In this document: one piece after another, positions 1-10,535 of the stretch
How the letters are laid out: the number at the start of each line of letters is the position of its first letter
How positions within the stretch are numbered: position 1 is the stretch's first letter
Source: Parcubacteria group bacterium
GTDB lineage: Bacteria > Patescibacteriota > Minisyncoccia > Moranbacterales > GCA-2747515
Assembly (NCBI GenBank): GCA_041660065.1
Contig: JBAZXC010000005.1
Coordinates: forward strand, 292-64,291
Reading direction: 5' to 3'
DNA length: 64,000 nt
The notes under the pieces: model-generated
Seen by the model: the letters and a program-made list of their open reading frames with translations, nothing else
Told to the model about the DNA's origin: nothing
Databases searched by the model: none
Position numbers and translations under genes: made by a program

Positions 1-1
1 A

Positions 2-304
2 CCGGATGGGACGACGTCTGTGGGGTTGCGGGTGGTACGATCAATAGCAAAAAAAGATCGCAAAGCATTGCGTGGGGCATTTGGCATCTCACAAGAAGAA
101 TCCATTCCCACAACCTTCTCCTCCTCCGTCCAGATCGTCATTGATCAAGATTCTATCGTACAAAACAAAGGTATCACGGGTTTCTTTGCCTCGATCTCAT
201 ACAATACGCCATTTTATCTTCTCTTTATTCTCAAAATGGCACTCATCATGTCCATTATGCTTTTTGTCCCGTCACTTGTTCTGGGTGCGGGAAAAACTCG
301 ATAA
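2..304 (+). CDS. 3' end of a hypothetical protein with a C-terminal membrane helix (partial)
   Basis: Frame open from the window edge to TAA at 302-304; hydrophobic C-terminal stretch FYLLFILKMALIMSIMLFVPSLVL. Confidence 0.5.
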   Translation, partial: PDGTTSVGLRVVRSIAKKDRKALRGAFGISQEESIPTTFSSSVQIVIDQDSIVQNKGITGFFASISYNTPFYLLFILKMALIMSIMLFVPSLVLGAGKTR

Positions 305-1516
305 AATATACTGCTTTTCAGTGCAGTGTGAAATTGCAAGAGCAATAAAAATCCAAAAAAGAAGCGAGAGGTCGTTTTTCCAGTAGGGTGTATCGCCGAT
401 ACCGGAAAAAATGATCAGAAGAAGAGATGCTGTGTAAAGTACACTCAGAGTATCTTTGTGTACGGAATAGTGCATATATAAAAGGAAGAGTATGCGTGCA
501 TAAAAAAGCACGAAGAAAAATAATGAGAAAAAGCCTCCCGCATAAAGCAGTGTGAAAAAAAGATTGTGTGGTGTTGGCACTGCCCAATCGGGATATGGAG
601 AAAACCATTTTTGTGCATTGAGGTAATGCGATTGAAAGTTGTCGATCTCATGACCGGTTAAAGGAGATTCTTGGATAAAAAACAGTGTCACATCCCAGAT
701 CATAATACGGGATGCTAGTGATCCGTGAGAAAAGTCACTATTGCTGGTAATCATTTTTTGATATCCGATACTGCAAAGGAGGAGAAAAAGAACTCCAATA
801 ATTAAAAATGAAAACAATCTTTTCTTGAAAATAAAAACAGTAACTGTGGTAATCGTGAGACATAATGCCAAAATGGTATTAAAGGAATGTGTATAAAAAA
901 TGATCAAAAGAGATGCACCTAAAATAATCCAAGAGAGAAGATGACAATAGAGCGTCTTATAACAGTGAATTATAAAGGGGATAAAAATAAGAGGAGCAAT
1001 GTACAACGCAAGGTGGTTTGGTGAGAGATAAAAAGCGGATAGGCGTCCGTCAAATGTGGTGTTGCCAGTAATAAGATAAAAAAGAGCAATGCTGACAACG
1101 AATATGAGAGAAAGAAGCAATCCATAGTGAAGCACTGAACGATTAGTGTTATTTTGTGCCAGGTGTACGGCGAGCAGAAGACCTGTACAGGCGGGGATGC
1201 AGATCCACTCAATATAGACGCCAAGAGCATGAATAGATGGGTGCATGATAAGCGAGGGAAGGAACGATAATATCAGCAAAATTACACATAACCACAAAAA
1301 AGAATTTTTTTGTAAAAAATATCGTATCGTGGTGCGATGTGTAAAAAAGAGGATAATATTTAAAACAATGCACGATAGAGAAAGGATGCTTAATGACGCA
1401 AAAAACAACGAAATACGCAAAGGGTATGCGGGAATGATCACAACAACAAAAGCAATGAAAAAATCAAGAAAAAATAGTTGCAGTTTATTAAATTGATTTA
1501 TTGTTGGTAATTTCAT
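272..1516 (-). CDS. O-antigen ligase/Wzy_C-family membrane protein
   Basis: Polytopic hydrophobic protein with R..FY.SPNHLA, SRIMIW and PHNLF motifs; start placed at ATG 1516 (MKLPT). Confidence 0.8.
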   Translation of the reverse strand: MKLPTINQFNKLQLFFLDFFIAFVVVIIPAYPLRISLFFASLSILSLSCIVLNIILFFTHRTTIRYFLQKNSFLWLCVILLILSFLPSLIMHPSIHALGVYIEWICIPACTGLLLAVHLAQNNTNRSVLHYGLLLSLIFVVSIALFYLITGNTTFDGRLSAFYLSPNHLALYIAPLIFIPFIIHCYKTLYCHLLSWIILGASLLIIFYTHSFNTILALCLTITTVTVFIFKKRLFSFLIIGVLFLLLCSIGYQKMITSNSDFSHGSLASRIMIWDVTLFFIQESPLTGHEIDNFQSHYLNAQKWFSPYPDWAVPTPHNLFFTLLYAGGFFSLFFFVLFYARILFLLYMHYSVHKDTLSVLYTASLLLIIFSGIGDTPYWKNDLSLLFWIFIALAISHCTEKQYILSSFSRTQNK

Positions 1517-2762
1517 AATATGCCGCAAGAGAAAGAATAAAAAGAAATATGGGGAGAACGTGTACAGAAAATAATGGTGTATCAAATAACGCATGTGTGA
1601 AAAAGACGATCAAACTTATTATAGCAAAAAAAGCAAGAGATTGTTTTCTATTGCGGTAAAAAATGATGACGGTATATGTAATAAGACATAAAAATAAAAA
1701 TAATCCAATCAAACCAAGTTCTACTGCAATATCAAGAAAAAGATTGTGTGCATAGATTGGTGTGCGATATGTTGCCGTCGGATCAACGATAGATGGATAT
1801 GCACCAAGTCCAACACCAAAGAATGGTCGTTGCGCAATTTCATCGCAAGCTTGTTTCCACAAAACGATTCGGTGTGTGCTCGAGGTGTCAGTTGCGTCGA
1901 ATGAGGAAAAAAATCTTTGTGTGAATGGATTATGGGGAGCCATAAAAAAAAGAATGAAGCAAAAAAGAATCGCAATAAAAATATGTTTTAGCGTGGTGTG
2001 CAATGAATGCCATAAAAAAATAACACTAAAAAAAAGACCGCTAAGTAGAGCAACGTAGCCACCGCGCGAAAATGTGAGAAGGTCGGCAACGATAAGAATA
2101 AAGGAGAGGATGATCCATTTTTTGTTGCGAGAGGTGATATATAGACCAAATGCGATAGGAATAATAAGTCCGAGATAAAAAGAAAATATGTGAGGGTCGG
2201 GGAAAAAACCTACTGCACGCATGATGTCATGTGAGCCGACATGCACTAGCCAACTATTGTATGTGCTGACTGATGCGGAAAAAGTTCCACCGAGGAAAAA
2301 TGGTGTAAATAGTGACCAAAAAGTTAAAAGTGTGGAGAGTGTGACAATAAACTGCATAATAAACTGAATGATCCCAATAATTCCGGCAAGCGTTGCTCCA
2401 TACACAATGGCACGGCATAACAACACATGAGCATTGGTTTGTGCGATAAAAAGTGTGATCAAGATATAATATAAGGGAGCAAATGAAAGTAAAAATAAAA
2501 TTTTACGCAATGTCCACAATTGTTCCGGAGAATAAAAGAGGGAGAATACAATATACATTGAAAAGAATGCAAAAAATACCACATGCCACCCTGTTGGTAT
2601 GTAAAGTGATTTTTTAAATAAGGAAATCGCTATGACACAGAAAAAGAGGAATAATATAATGATGCGCACAATGGCAAGATCGACGCCAGCAAAAGGGCTG
2701 AGGGCAAATTGTAGTGGCAGAAACAAAAATGTTAATGCTAAAATGTATTGAATGATATTCAT
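1488..2762 (-). CDS. O-antigen ligase/Wzy_C-family membrane protein
   Basis: RAVGFFPDPH, LTFSRGGY, HRIVLW, GVGLG and AHNLFLDIAVELGLIG motifs. Confidence 0.88.
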   Translation of the reverse strand: MNIIQYILALTFLFLPLQFALSPFAGVDLAIVRIIILFLFFCVIAISLFKKSLYIPTGWHVVFFAFFSMYIVFSLFYSPEQLWTLRKILFLLSFAPLYYILITLFIAQTNAHVLLCRAIVYGATLAGIIGIIQFIMQFIVTLSTLLTFWSLFTPFFLGGTFSASVSTYNSWLVHVGSHDIMRAVGFFPDPHIFSFYLGLIIPIAFGLYITSRNKKWIILSFILIVADLLTFSRGGYVALLSGLFFSVIFLWHSLHTTLKHIFIAILFCFILFFMAPHNPFTQRFFSSFDATDTSSTHRIVLWKQACDEIAQRPFFGVGLGAYPSIVDPTATYRTPIYAHNLFLDIAVELGLIGLFLFLCLITYTVIIFYRNRKQSLAFFAIISLIVFFTHALFDTPLFSVHVLPIFLFILSLAAYYEITNNKSI

Positions 2763-3538
2763 TTAATGTAAAACAAGCGAAATATACGTAATAGTAGCAC
2801 ATGACATGCGCCAAAATGTTTTTTAAAAAAGGTATCTTGAGAAGCATAATACCATTTTTTCTGGATTTTTCCAGTGTTTTTGCTGCTCTGTCCACTTGTG
2901 TGAATGAGCGAAATTGTCGGGATATAATAAACAAAGCCATCATTATGATGCGCGCGTTCGCACAAATCCACGTCTTCAAAATACAAAAAAAACGATTCAT
3001 CAAATCCACCGATATCCCGTATAAATTGTGTGCGTGCACACATGGCAGCACCACTCACCCATCGTACAGGTGTTTTTTTTGTAAATTTCCATGGTTTTTT
3101 GTGTATGCCGATATGATTTTTGATTAGATGCAAAAGAGTGATTTTTTCTCCGACAGACCACTGCTGCGGGAGAAGATCTTCTGTGTTAACACGCGGAGAG
3201 ACAATCGTTTTCTCATCAATATGGAACACAATATCAAAGAAGTTTTTACAAAAAGAATGCGTATCAGGGTTGAGAAAACACACAAAGGGAAATTTCGCAT
3301 GCGTGAGGCCAATGTTATTTGCCGCGCCATAGCCGATATTTTTACCGATCTCAATGCATTTTTGATGCAAAAAACCAAAATTTTGAAGAGAGAGTGCTGT
3401 AGAATCATTATTGACAATAATTATTTCGTGGATGTGCGCATTTGGTACGTGTGCGAGGTCAAAAAGACACTTGTGCAATTCTATTGCACTGTGATAATTA
3501 ACGATAATAAAAGATATGGGTTTATGTGAGGGATTCAT
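2759..3538 (-). CDS. Family 2 glycosyltransferase (WbbL/rhamnosyltransferase-like)
   Basis: IIVNY, NIGYGAANN, LNPD, VSGAAM, GFDESFFLYFEDVDLC. Confidence 0.9.
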   Translation of the reverse strand: MNPSHKPISFIIVNYHSAIELHKCLFDLAHVPNAHIHEIIIVNNDSTALSLQNFGFLHQKCIEIGKNIGYGAANNIGLTHAKFPFVCFLNPDTHSFCKNFFDIVFHIDEKTIVSPRVNTEDLLPQQWSVGEKITLLHLIKNHIGIHKKPWKFTKKTPVRWVSGAAMCARTQFIRDIGGFDESFFLYFEDVDLCERAHHNDGFVYYIPTISLIHTSGQSSKNTGKIQKKWYYASQDTFFKKHFGACHVLLLRIFRLFYIK

Positions 3539-4376
3539 AATCAACAAATGCCTTGTGAACAGATGACGCGTATGGGTGAAATTTTTTTTGTGCGTAATAA
3601 TTTTTTATTTTGCGAAGAAAGAAGTGGATATGAAACCATATCCTTGCAAGTCCGTGAGCATGCTTGTCAAAAAACAATAAACCGGAAAGCACGAGAAAAT
3701 ACGTCTTTATTTCCTTGTGGTTCTCGCTGACTTCATCATGAAATGCTTTGGCATGTGGCAGAAGACCGAGGGAGAATCCTTCTTTTTTTGCACGTAAACA
3801 AAAATCAGCGTCTTCATAATAGAGGAAAAAACGTTCATCAAATAGACCAATTTTCTTGTAAACGGAAGCATGTACTGTCATGACGCAGCCAGAAATGTAT
3901 TCTGAAGAAACGACTTTTTGCGTGAGATCTTTTATAGGCTCCGCGTGGGTGTTCTGACATGTAAAAAAATTGATTTTTCCACCAGAAAACCATTGTTTTT
4001 TTCTTGTTGTATCAAAGATCAAAGGAGAGGCGATTGCAACTATATTATCAGTCACAGCTGTGGTCAATAAAGAAGCACAATCTTTGGATAGGGTGGCATC
4101 AGGATTGCAATAGGTGATTGTTGTGGCATTTCGCTCCAAAGCATAGCGTGTGCCGATATTTGCCGCTGTGGCAAAGCCAACATTTTGCGTATTATAAATA
4201 TAAATAAGATTGGGATATTTGAGTTTGCAAAGCTCCAATGATTGATCCGATGATGCATTGTCAACAACAACAATCAGTGGATGGACGTGTTGTGACTGCA
4301 GGATACTATGAAGGCAACGAATGATCGAATCACCGCTATTATAATTCACGACGACAAAAAAATGTCTTTCATCCAT
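3522..4376 (-). CDS. Family 2 glycosyltransferase
   Basis: VVVNYN, VVDNASSD, NVGFA, NPD, FDERFFLYYEDADFC. Confidence 0.9.
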   Translation of the reverse strand: MDERHFFVVVNYNSGDSIIRCLHSILQSQHVHPLIVVVDNASSDQSLELCKLKYPNLIYIYNTQNVGFATAANIGTRYALERNATTITYCNPDATLSKDCASLLTTAVTDNIVAIASPLIFDTTRKKQWFSGGKINFFTCQNTHAEPIKDLTQKVVSSEYISGCVMTVHASVYKKIGLFDERFFLYYEDADFCLRAKKEGFSLGLLPHAKAFHDEVSENHKEIKTYFLVLSGLLFFDKHAHGLARIWFHIHFFLRKIKNYYAQKKFHPYASSVHKAFVDYESLT

Positions 4377-4383
4377 AAGATAG

Positions 4384-5796
4384 TTATGACCGTTTTGGTA
4401 ATATGTGCATTATATCATTGTGTGTGACAATGCGGAAGAAAAAAAGAAGAAAAAGATAAACGACGATGGCAATGCATGTACTAAAAACATGTGGCAGAGG
4501 AAGGAAAAAGAGCAAAATTGCCATAAGTTCGCCAGAAAGAATGATAAAAGGGAGTCTGATGTCTCCGCAAACAAATGGTGTGAGACGCTTTGTCATAATG
4601 ATCGCCACAAAAGCAACAAAAAATTCCGTAATCACAGAAACGATTGCTGCGCCGGTATAGGAATACAAATAGATAAAAATGCCATTCGCAACGATGTTAA
4701 GGAGTGCTGCAAAAAAAAGAGCATACATAAGTACTTTTTGATGTGCGCCAGCGATGAGAATGTTGGTAAAGAGTTGTCCAAAAAATACGCATGCAAGTGC
4801 AAAGATGAGTATTTGCAATACAGGGGCTGCATCATGAAAATCCGGTCCACCGACAATAGCGATAATCTCCGGCGCAAGATAGACCGTGCAAATGACAAGG
4901 GGTATGAGAATAATTGTGAAAAGTTTGATAATGATCGTTGTGATCTTATTGAAAATTAAAATATCCGAAATAATATAGCGGGACAGGAGAGGAAAAATCA
5001 GTCCGACAATCATTGCAGGAAAAAAAATAAGCGTTTCAATGATCTTATAAGCAGCGCCGTAGATGCCAACATCGCTTTGAGATTGCATAAAAGAAAGCAT
5101 GATTGCATCAAATTTAAAATAAAGAAAGGTGATGATAGCACTGATGCCCATAGGAGCGGATTCTTTGAGGAATTTTTTCCAGTAGACGCTATCAGGGATA
5201 AAAGATATTGTGACATAAGAACGAGTAACAAAGAAAAGAATGATAAAATTCCAGAACATTGTGGCTAAAAGAGAAATGGCCACAGCGGTGAAGCGCAGAT
5301 GTAGTGTGAGAACAAGTACGATTGTAAAAACCTGAATGATTTTCCCGGATAATTCAACGAGGGCAACGCGATCCATGGCGATATGTTTTTGAAAAACACC
5401 ATTAAGAAGTCCATAACCAGAGGAGAAAATGAAAGCGGCACAAGCAATGAGAATGCTCGTTTTTACATCCGTAGTATAGGGCAAAAACCATACAAAAAAT
5501 GTGCTGAGGAGAAAAATTACGCACGAAATGATCATGCGCAGCGTGAACACTCTGCTCATAATCCATGATTCATCAGCACCGTCCCGAGAAATGTCTCGTG
5601 TTGCGATTGGATAAAGGCCAAAATCACCAATTGCGGAGAAAAAGGCAAAAAAGGCAAGCATGGTCGTGTATTTACCAAAGCCTTCTGTGCCAAGGTATCG
5701 CGCTAACATGCCGATGGCAAAAAGTGCCAGTGCAATGGATATCACTTTTGTTATGACATTGAAAATGATATTATAGGAAATCTTTTGTGCGATCAT
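4384..5796 (-). CDS. Wzx-type polysaccharide flippase
   Basis: 470-aa polytopic protein; ARYLG.EGFG.Y, DFGL, DVGIYGAAYK motifs; next to glycosyltransferases. Confidence 0.88.
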   Translation of the reverse strand: MIAQKISYNIIFNVITKVISIALALFAIGMLARYLGTEGFGKYTTMLAFFAFFSAIGDFGLYPIATRDISRDGADESWIMSRVFTLRMIISCVIFLLSTFFVWFLPYTTDVKTSILIACAAFIFSSGYGLLNGVFQKHIAMDRVALVELSGKIIQVFTIVLVLTLHLRFTAVAISLLATMFWNFIILFFVTRSYVTISFIPDSVYWKKFLKESAPMGISAIITFLYFKFDAIMLSFMQSQSDVGIYGAAYKIIETLIFFPAMIVGLIFPLLSRYIISDILIFNKITTIIIKLFTIILIPLVICTVYLAPEIIAIVGGPDFHDAAPVLQILIFALACVFFGQLFTNILIAGAHQKVLMYALFFAALLNIVANGIFIYLYSYTGAAIVSVITEFFVAFVAIIMTKRLTPFVCGDIRLPFIILSGELMAILLFFLPLPHVFSTCIAIVVYLFLLFFFRIVTHNDIMHILPKRS

Positions 5797-6281
5797 AAAG
5801 ACTGCATAATGCCACGTGGTTTAACAATAACTTTTCGATCATCTTTCTCGCCAATGCTTTCAGTCTCTACGCGCATATCACCGCTGATGGTCGTGTGGAC
5901 AATGCGTCGTTCATAGGCATTCATCGGTCGAAGAATGATCGGCTTTTTTTCACGATGTGCTTGATCGGCCGCATCTTTGGCAATATGCGTGATCATGCGA
6001 TCCTTATCTTCCTTATAACCATTGATATCCAGATTGATGCGCTCCAAAAAGCCATCTTTGTTGAGGATCGATCGAATGATGTGTTCAAGTGCATAAAGAT
6101 TTGATCCATGTTGTCCAATGAGAAATCGTGAGTCTTTCTGCGTTTTAAGAGAGCATAAAAATGTTTTTACATCTGTTTTTGAGTCGATCTCTTCTTTGAT
6201 TGATATTGTGGCGTCAGAAAAGTCCATGAGATGGAGAATTTTTTCTATGCTAGCCTCAATGATTTCGTGGGGATTACTCAT
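5793..6281 (-). CDS. jag: Jag/KhpB RNA-binding protein (KH + R3H)
   Basis: LIGQHGSNLYAL (KH) and PMNAYERRIVH (R3H); canonical position after yidC. Confidence 0.9.
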   Translation of the reverse strand: MSNPHEIIEASIEKILHLMDFSDATISIKEEIDSKTDVKTFLCSLKTQKDSRFLIGQHGSNLYALEHIIRSILNKDGFLERINLDINGYKEDKDRMITHIAKDAADQAHREKKPIILRPMNAYERRIVHTTISGDMRVETESIGEKDDRKVIVKPRGIMQSL

Positions 6282-6296
6282 AATGTTTGTTGATAA

Positions 6297-7058
6297 TTAC
6301 GTGTTATCTTTTGTGGAGGACAGCCGTTTTTCTTTGTGTATAACAACCCATTGTTGTGCGATCATAAATGCGGTTGATGTAAGCCAATAAATTGCCAGTC
6401 CGGAGGGAAATTTCAATCCGATAAATAATGTCATGATTGGCACAATAAAAAGCATTTGTTTTTGCATGATTGTTGCAAAATCTGGAGTAACGTCTTTTTC
6501 ATCTTGTTTTTTTACAGCGGCGACTTGTAGCGCTTGTTTTGTTTGCATCATTTTTAGCTGATAAAATTGTGCCAATGCGGTTATGACAGCTATTGGAATG
6601 AATGGTTCGGTAATATTCATAAAACCGAGAAACATTTTGTTAAGGTCTTGAGGGAGGAAAACAAAAGAGGAATACAAATTTTCTGCATGAATTGCGAGGT
6701 CGGGGCTACTGGAGAGATTGACGATCACGCGATACATAGTGATAAAAATGATCATCTGGACAATAAGAGGGAGACATCCTGCTGCAGGATTGACTTTATG
6801 CTCACGGTAGAGAGCCATTGTTTCTTTGGAGAGCTTCTCCTTGTCATCCTTATATTTTTTTTGTAGTTCCTTGATTTTTGGCTGAAGATCCTGCATCTCC
6901 TTTTGAGACTCGATTTGTTTGCGAGAGAGGGGTATAAGTGCAAATTTTACAGCCAATGTTAAAACAATGATTGCAACACCAAAATCTCCAAAAATGTTAT
7001 AGAGAATAATAAGTATGTTATAAATCGGTTGATAGATGAGTACAAAAAAAATGTGCAT
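6297..7058 (-). CDS. yidC: Membrane protein insertase YidC/Oxa1
   Basis: LQPKIKELQKKYK, NPAAGCLPLIVQ, GLAIYW; in the rpmH-rnpA-yidC-jag cluster. Confidence 0.95.
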   Translation of the reverse strand: MHIFFVLIYQPIYNILIILYNIFGDFGVAIIVLTLAVKFALIPLSRKQIESQKEMQDLQPKIKELQKKYKDDKEKLSKETMALYREHKVNPAAGCLPLIVQMIIFITMYRVIVNLSSSPDLAIHAENLYSSFVFLPQDLNKMFLGFMNITEPFIPIAVITALAQFYQLKMMQTKQALQVAAVKKQDEKDVTPDFATIMQKQMLFIVPIMTLFIGLKFPSGLAIYWLTSTAFMIAQQWVVIHKEKRLSSTKDNT

Positions 7059-7077
7059 AATGATGTAATCTTATATA

Positions 7078-7413
7078 TTAAATGAGTTTTGCTTGAGAAA
7101 AAAGCGCTGAAAGTGTAGCGCAGGCTTCCCTATATGGTAACACTTTACCACGATTTGTATAGGAGATCACGATATCGTATCCGGGAGCAAGATTGAGAAG
7201 ATGTGTATGCAGTGCTGCATAAAGAACGCGCCTTTGTCTATTGCGTTTCACTGCGCTGGGGGAATATTTTTTCCCCACAACATATGCGATGTGTGAGTGT
7301 GGACTATTATTGGGTAAAAAAAATAGCAATGCACCACCAAAATAGTGGCGCTTGCCTTGTGAATATAGAGAAGAAAATCGATATGTGTGCAGTCGATGTG
7401 GTTTTGTAATCAT
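7078..7413 (-). CDS. rnpA: Ribonuclease P protein component
   Basis: AVKRNRQRR (RNR motif); directly after rpmH; start at ATG 7413. Confidence 0.9.
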   Translation of the reverse strand: MITKPHRLHTYRFSSLYSQGKRHYFGGALLFFLPNNSPHSHIAYVVGKKYSPSAVKRNRQRRVLYAALHTHLLNLAPGYDIVISYTNRGKVLPYREACATLSALFSQAKLI

Positions 7414-7445
7414 AAACAAAAAAATAAAGACTTGCAACGAATCTG

Positions 7446-7580
7446 TTATACGGCAGCACGCACACGACCTTTTTGGCGTCGTCTCTTGAGAACAAGTTGT
7501 CCCGTGCGCGTTTGCATTCTTTTGAGAAATCCATGGACGGACTTTCGCTTTCCTTTTTTTGGTTGGTATGTTCTTTTCAT
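7446..7580 (-). CDS. rpmH: 50S ribosomal protein L34 (not in ORF track, 44 aa)
   Basis: Manual translation [44 protein letters not shown]; divergent from dnaA. Confidence 0.97.
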   Translation of the reverse strand: MKRTYQPKKGKRKSVHGFLKRMQTRTGQLVLKRRRQKGRVRAAV

Positions 7581-7686
7581 ATTATAATTATGTAACAATA
7601 ATCACTAGTAAATAGCTCAATTATCCTAACATGGCACGTGTTTAAAGTCAATAAATATCTTTGGGGCAGCGAGGGATGAATAAAAG

Positions 7687-7862
7687 TTATCCACAAGTTG
7701 TTCACAAACTGTGGATAAGTTGATATATTTTGTTTTATTGTGGATAAATGTTATAATTTTTCTATTGAAAATAGAATCAAGATATGCATGGCTGTGGACA
7801 TTTTGTGGATAACATAGTAATTCACCCGAAACGTGTGTTATTTAAAGGATTACTGGGGATAA
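7687..7862. promoter_or_regulatory. DnaA-box cluster, probable oriC
   Basis: Perfect boxes TTATCCACA 7687-7695 and TGTGGATAA 7710-7718, 7739-7747, 7804-7812; degenerate boxes 7698-7706, 7793-7801, 7854-7862; AT-rich rpmH-dnaA spacer. Confidence 0.88.
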
Positions 7863-7914
7863 TTCTTTCATATTACGGATATATTAAGTGTAATTAGTGA
7901 ATTGAATTAAAAAA

Positions 7915-9342
7915 ATGGATACTATAGATCTGTGGAAATCAGTATTGGGAAGCATTGAATTATCAATTTCAAAGGCAAATTTTAGTACGTGGTTCAAAAA
8001 TACGAGAATTCTTTCTATAGAAAACAAGCATGTTATTGTTGGTGTGCCAAATGGATTTGCAAAAGAATGGTTGGAAAACAAATATCAGTCATATATTTTA
8101 CAAGCATTGCGTGTTGAAATGCCGGATGTTGTGAGTATGAGTTGTGCTGTGTATAATCCACAAAACATTGAACAAAACGTCTCTGTAAACAAAGAGCCTG
8201 AAAAACAAAAATTATCGGAAAAGTCTATTGGGGAAAAGAAGCGGGTATTTGAAGAAGAAAAAAAGCCCTATGTACAGCAAAAAACAGGCTTTTCCCAATC
8301 GCTTTTATCCGCAAATAACATTAGTCTCAATAGCCGTTACACATTTGATAATTTTATTGTCGGAGAACACAACGAGCTTGCAAAAGCGGCATGTCATGCT
8401 GTGTGTGAAAATTTGGGAAGAATTTATAATCCGCTCTTCATTTATGGTAAAGTTGGTTTAGGTAAGACGCATTTATTGCAAGCAATTGGGAATTATGTGC
8501 GATCGAGCGATGCAGCAAAAAAAATTGTTTATACAACATCTGAACGTTTTACAACGGAATTGGTTAATGCCATCAAAAATAATAAAGCGGATAAATTCAA
8601 GGAAGATTATCAACTTGTTGATTTGCTCATTATCGATGATGTGCAGTTTTTGGCAGGAAAAGAAAAAACACAGCAGGAATTCTTTCATATTTTTAATGTG
8701 CTCTACAATCTCAATAAGCAGATTGTAATTTCCAGTGATCGTCCTCCAAAATCAATTAGTACACTTGAGGAGCGATTGCGATCGCGGTTTGAGGGCGGTA
8801 TGATTGTGGATGTCAGTCAACCGGATTTGGAAACACGTATTGCAATTTTACGCACGAAAGCAATGGAAAAAGGATTTTATCTCAGTGACGATGTTTTGCG
8901 GTTTATGTCAGAAAATATCAAAAACAACGTGCGTGAGCTGGAGGGTGCATTGAATCGGGTAATCGCGATCTGTGATCTGCATAAGAAAGAGCCAACGCAA
9001 CAATTGGTGGAGCAGGCATTGGGGGAGATCATTCAAAGCAGCAAAAAGAAGTGTGTACAAAATAAAAATATCATTGATGTCATTTCTGAATTTTATGAAA
9101 TTGATAAGGAGGAACTGATCAAAAAAGGACGAAAGAAAGAAGTTGTGTATCCACGACAAGTGGCAATGTATCTTTTGCGAAAAGAATTAAACATGTCATA
9201 TCCGGGTATCGGAAAATATTTCAGCGGAAGGGACCACACAACTGCGCTTCATGCATATGAAAAGATCAATAGGGAAATTAAGGAAAATGATCGTTTGAGA
9301 GAAGAAATTGGGTTTCTGCGTGAGAAATTGTACTCCGTGTAA
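7915..9342 (+). CDS. dnaA: Chromosomal replication initiator DnaA
   Basis: YNPLFIYGKVGLGKTHL, LLIIDDVQF, RLRSRFEGG, GRDHTT. Confidence 0.99.
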   Translation: MDTIDLWKSVLGSIELSISKANFSTWFKNTRILSIENKHVIVGVPNGFAKEWLENKYQSYILQALRVEMPDVVSMSCAVYNPQNIEQNVSVNKEPEKQKLSEKSIGEKKRVFEEEKKPYVQQKTGFSQSLLSANNISLNSRYTFDNFIVGEHNELAKAACHAVCENLGRIYNPLFIYGKVGLGKTHLLQAIGNYVRSSDAAKKIVYTTSERFTTELVNAIKNNKADKFKEDYQLVDLLIIDDVQFLAGKEKTQQEFFHIFNVLYNLNKQIVISSDRPPKSISTLEERLRSRFEGGMIVDVSQPDLETRIAILRTKAMEKGFYLSDDVLRFMSENIKNNVRELEGALNRVIAICDLHKKEPTQQLVEQALGEIIQSSKKKCVQNKNIIDVISEFYEIDKEELIKKGRKKEVVYPRQVAMYLLRKELNMSYPGIGKYFSGRDHTTALHAYEKINREIKENDRLREEIGFLREKLYSV

Positions 9343-9390
9343 TTTTTTAGGATATTTATTATTCAAATAATCCATTTATTGTAGCGTATT

Positions 9391-10533
9391 ATGAAAGCAA
9401 CATGTACATACGAAAACCTTAAAAGCGCTCTACATGCAACAGAGTTTGCTACGAGCAAGAGTGCCACATTATCCATATTAAATAACATCCTCATTGAAAC
9501 GGATGGTGCACAGTTGTGTTTCTCGGCGACAAATTTGGAAATTGGGATCATCAAAAGAATTCAAGCAAAAATTGATGCTCCGGGAAAAATTGTTGTTTCC
9601 GCCGGTTTGCTGGGGAGTTTTTTGACAGCGTTGCGTGGTACGGATCATATCACCATGAGTGTTGATGGGCAGATCTTGCTGTTGCAGAGCGGTGCGCACA
9701 AAGCGCGTATCAATGGGTATAATGTGGATGAATTTCCCATTATTCCACAAAGCAGTGCACAAAACATGGTAGAATTTTCTCTGATATATCTCAAAGAATG
9801 CATTGCAAAAGTTTTGCATTTTACATCAAAAAGTGAAACACGCATTGAACTGACAGGTGTGTTTATGTCTTTTGGTTCTGATGAGGTATGTAGTGTAGCG
9901 ACTGACAGTTTTCGTTTGGGAGAAGTCAAGATTCCGGTCAGTGAATTGGCAGTAAACATAAAAGAATATCATACTGTTACAGAAAACAATAAAAACATCA
10001 TCCTTCCACAACAGCTTTGTGCATATATCAATAAGCTTTCTGATGATCATGATATTGTACAATGCAACATTGAAGAAAATCATTTATTCTTTGCATGTGG
10101 TGATCTTTCCATTACTGCACGGTTGATTGATGGTTCTTATCCTGATTATAAACAAATTATTCCCAAAGATGCGTTAACACATGTCGTAATTAAAAAGGAT
10201 GCTCTCATGGAGGCGATGAAAATCACAACTGTTTTTACAGGGCGAGAAAGTGGTGAGATCCATTTTGACATTGATGGACAAATACTTAAAATTACGACAC
10301 GACAGCAGGACGTTGGGGAAAATACAACAGAGCTCCCTGTACTTACTGAGGGAGAGCCACAAAATATCGTGCTTAATCCACGATTTGTCATTGATGGTAT
10401 TGGACGCATTGATGAAGAGGATGTGCGTATTTCAATCAACGGTAATACGTCACCGGTGATGTTTCGTGGATATAAAAACGGAGAAGTAAGTGAACGATAT
10501 ACATATATCGTCATGCCTGTAAAAAGTGCGTAA
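9391..10533 (+). CDS. dnaN: DNA polymerase III beta clamp
   Basis: ATNLEIGI, VATDSFRL, RLIDGSYPDY, YIVMPV; follows dnaA. Confidence 0.97.
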   Translation: MKATCTYENLKSALHATEFATSKSATLSILNNILIETDGAQLCFSATNLEIGIIKRIQAKIDAPGKIVVSAGLLGSFLTALRGTDHITMSVDGQILLLQSGAHKARINGYNVDEFPIIPQSSAQNMVEFSLIYLKECIAKVLHFTSKSETRIELTGVFMSFGSDEVCSVATDSFRLGEVKIPVSELAVNIKEYHTVTENNKNIILPQQLCAYINKLSDDHDIVQCNIEENHLFFACGDLSITARLIDGSYPDYKQIIPKDALTHVVIKKDALMEAMKITTVFTGRESGEIHFDIDGQILKITTRQQDVGENTTELPVLTEGEPQNIVLNPRFVIDGIGRIDEEDVRISINGNTSPVMFRGYKNGEVSERYTYIVMPVKSA

Positions 10534-10535
10534 AA

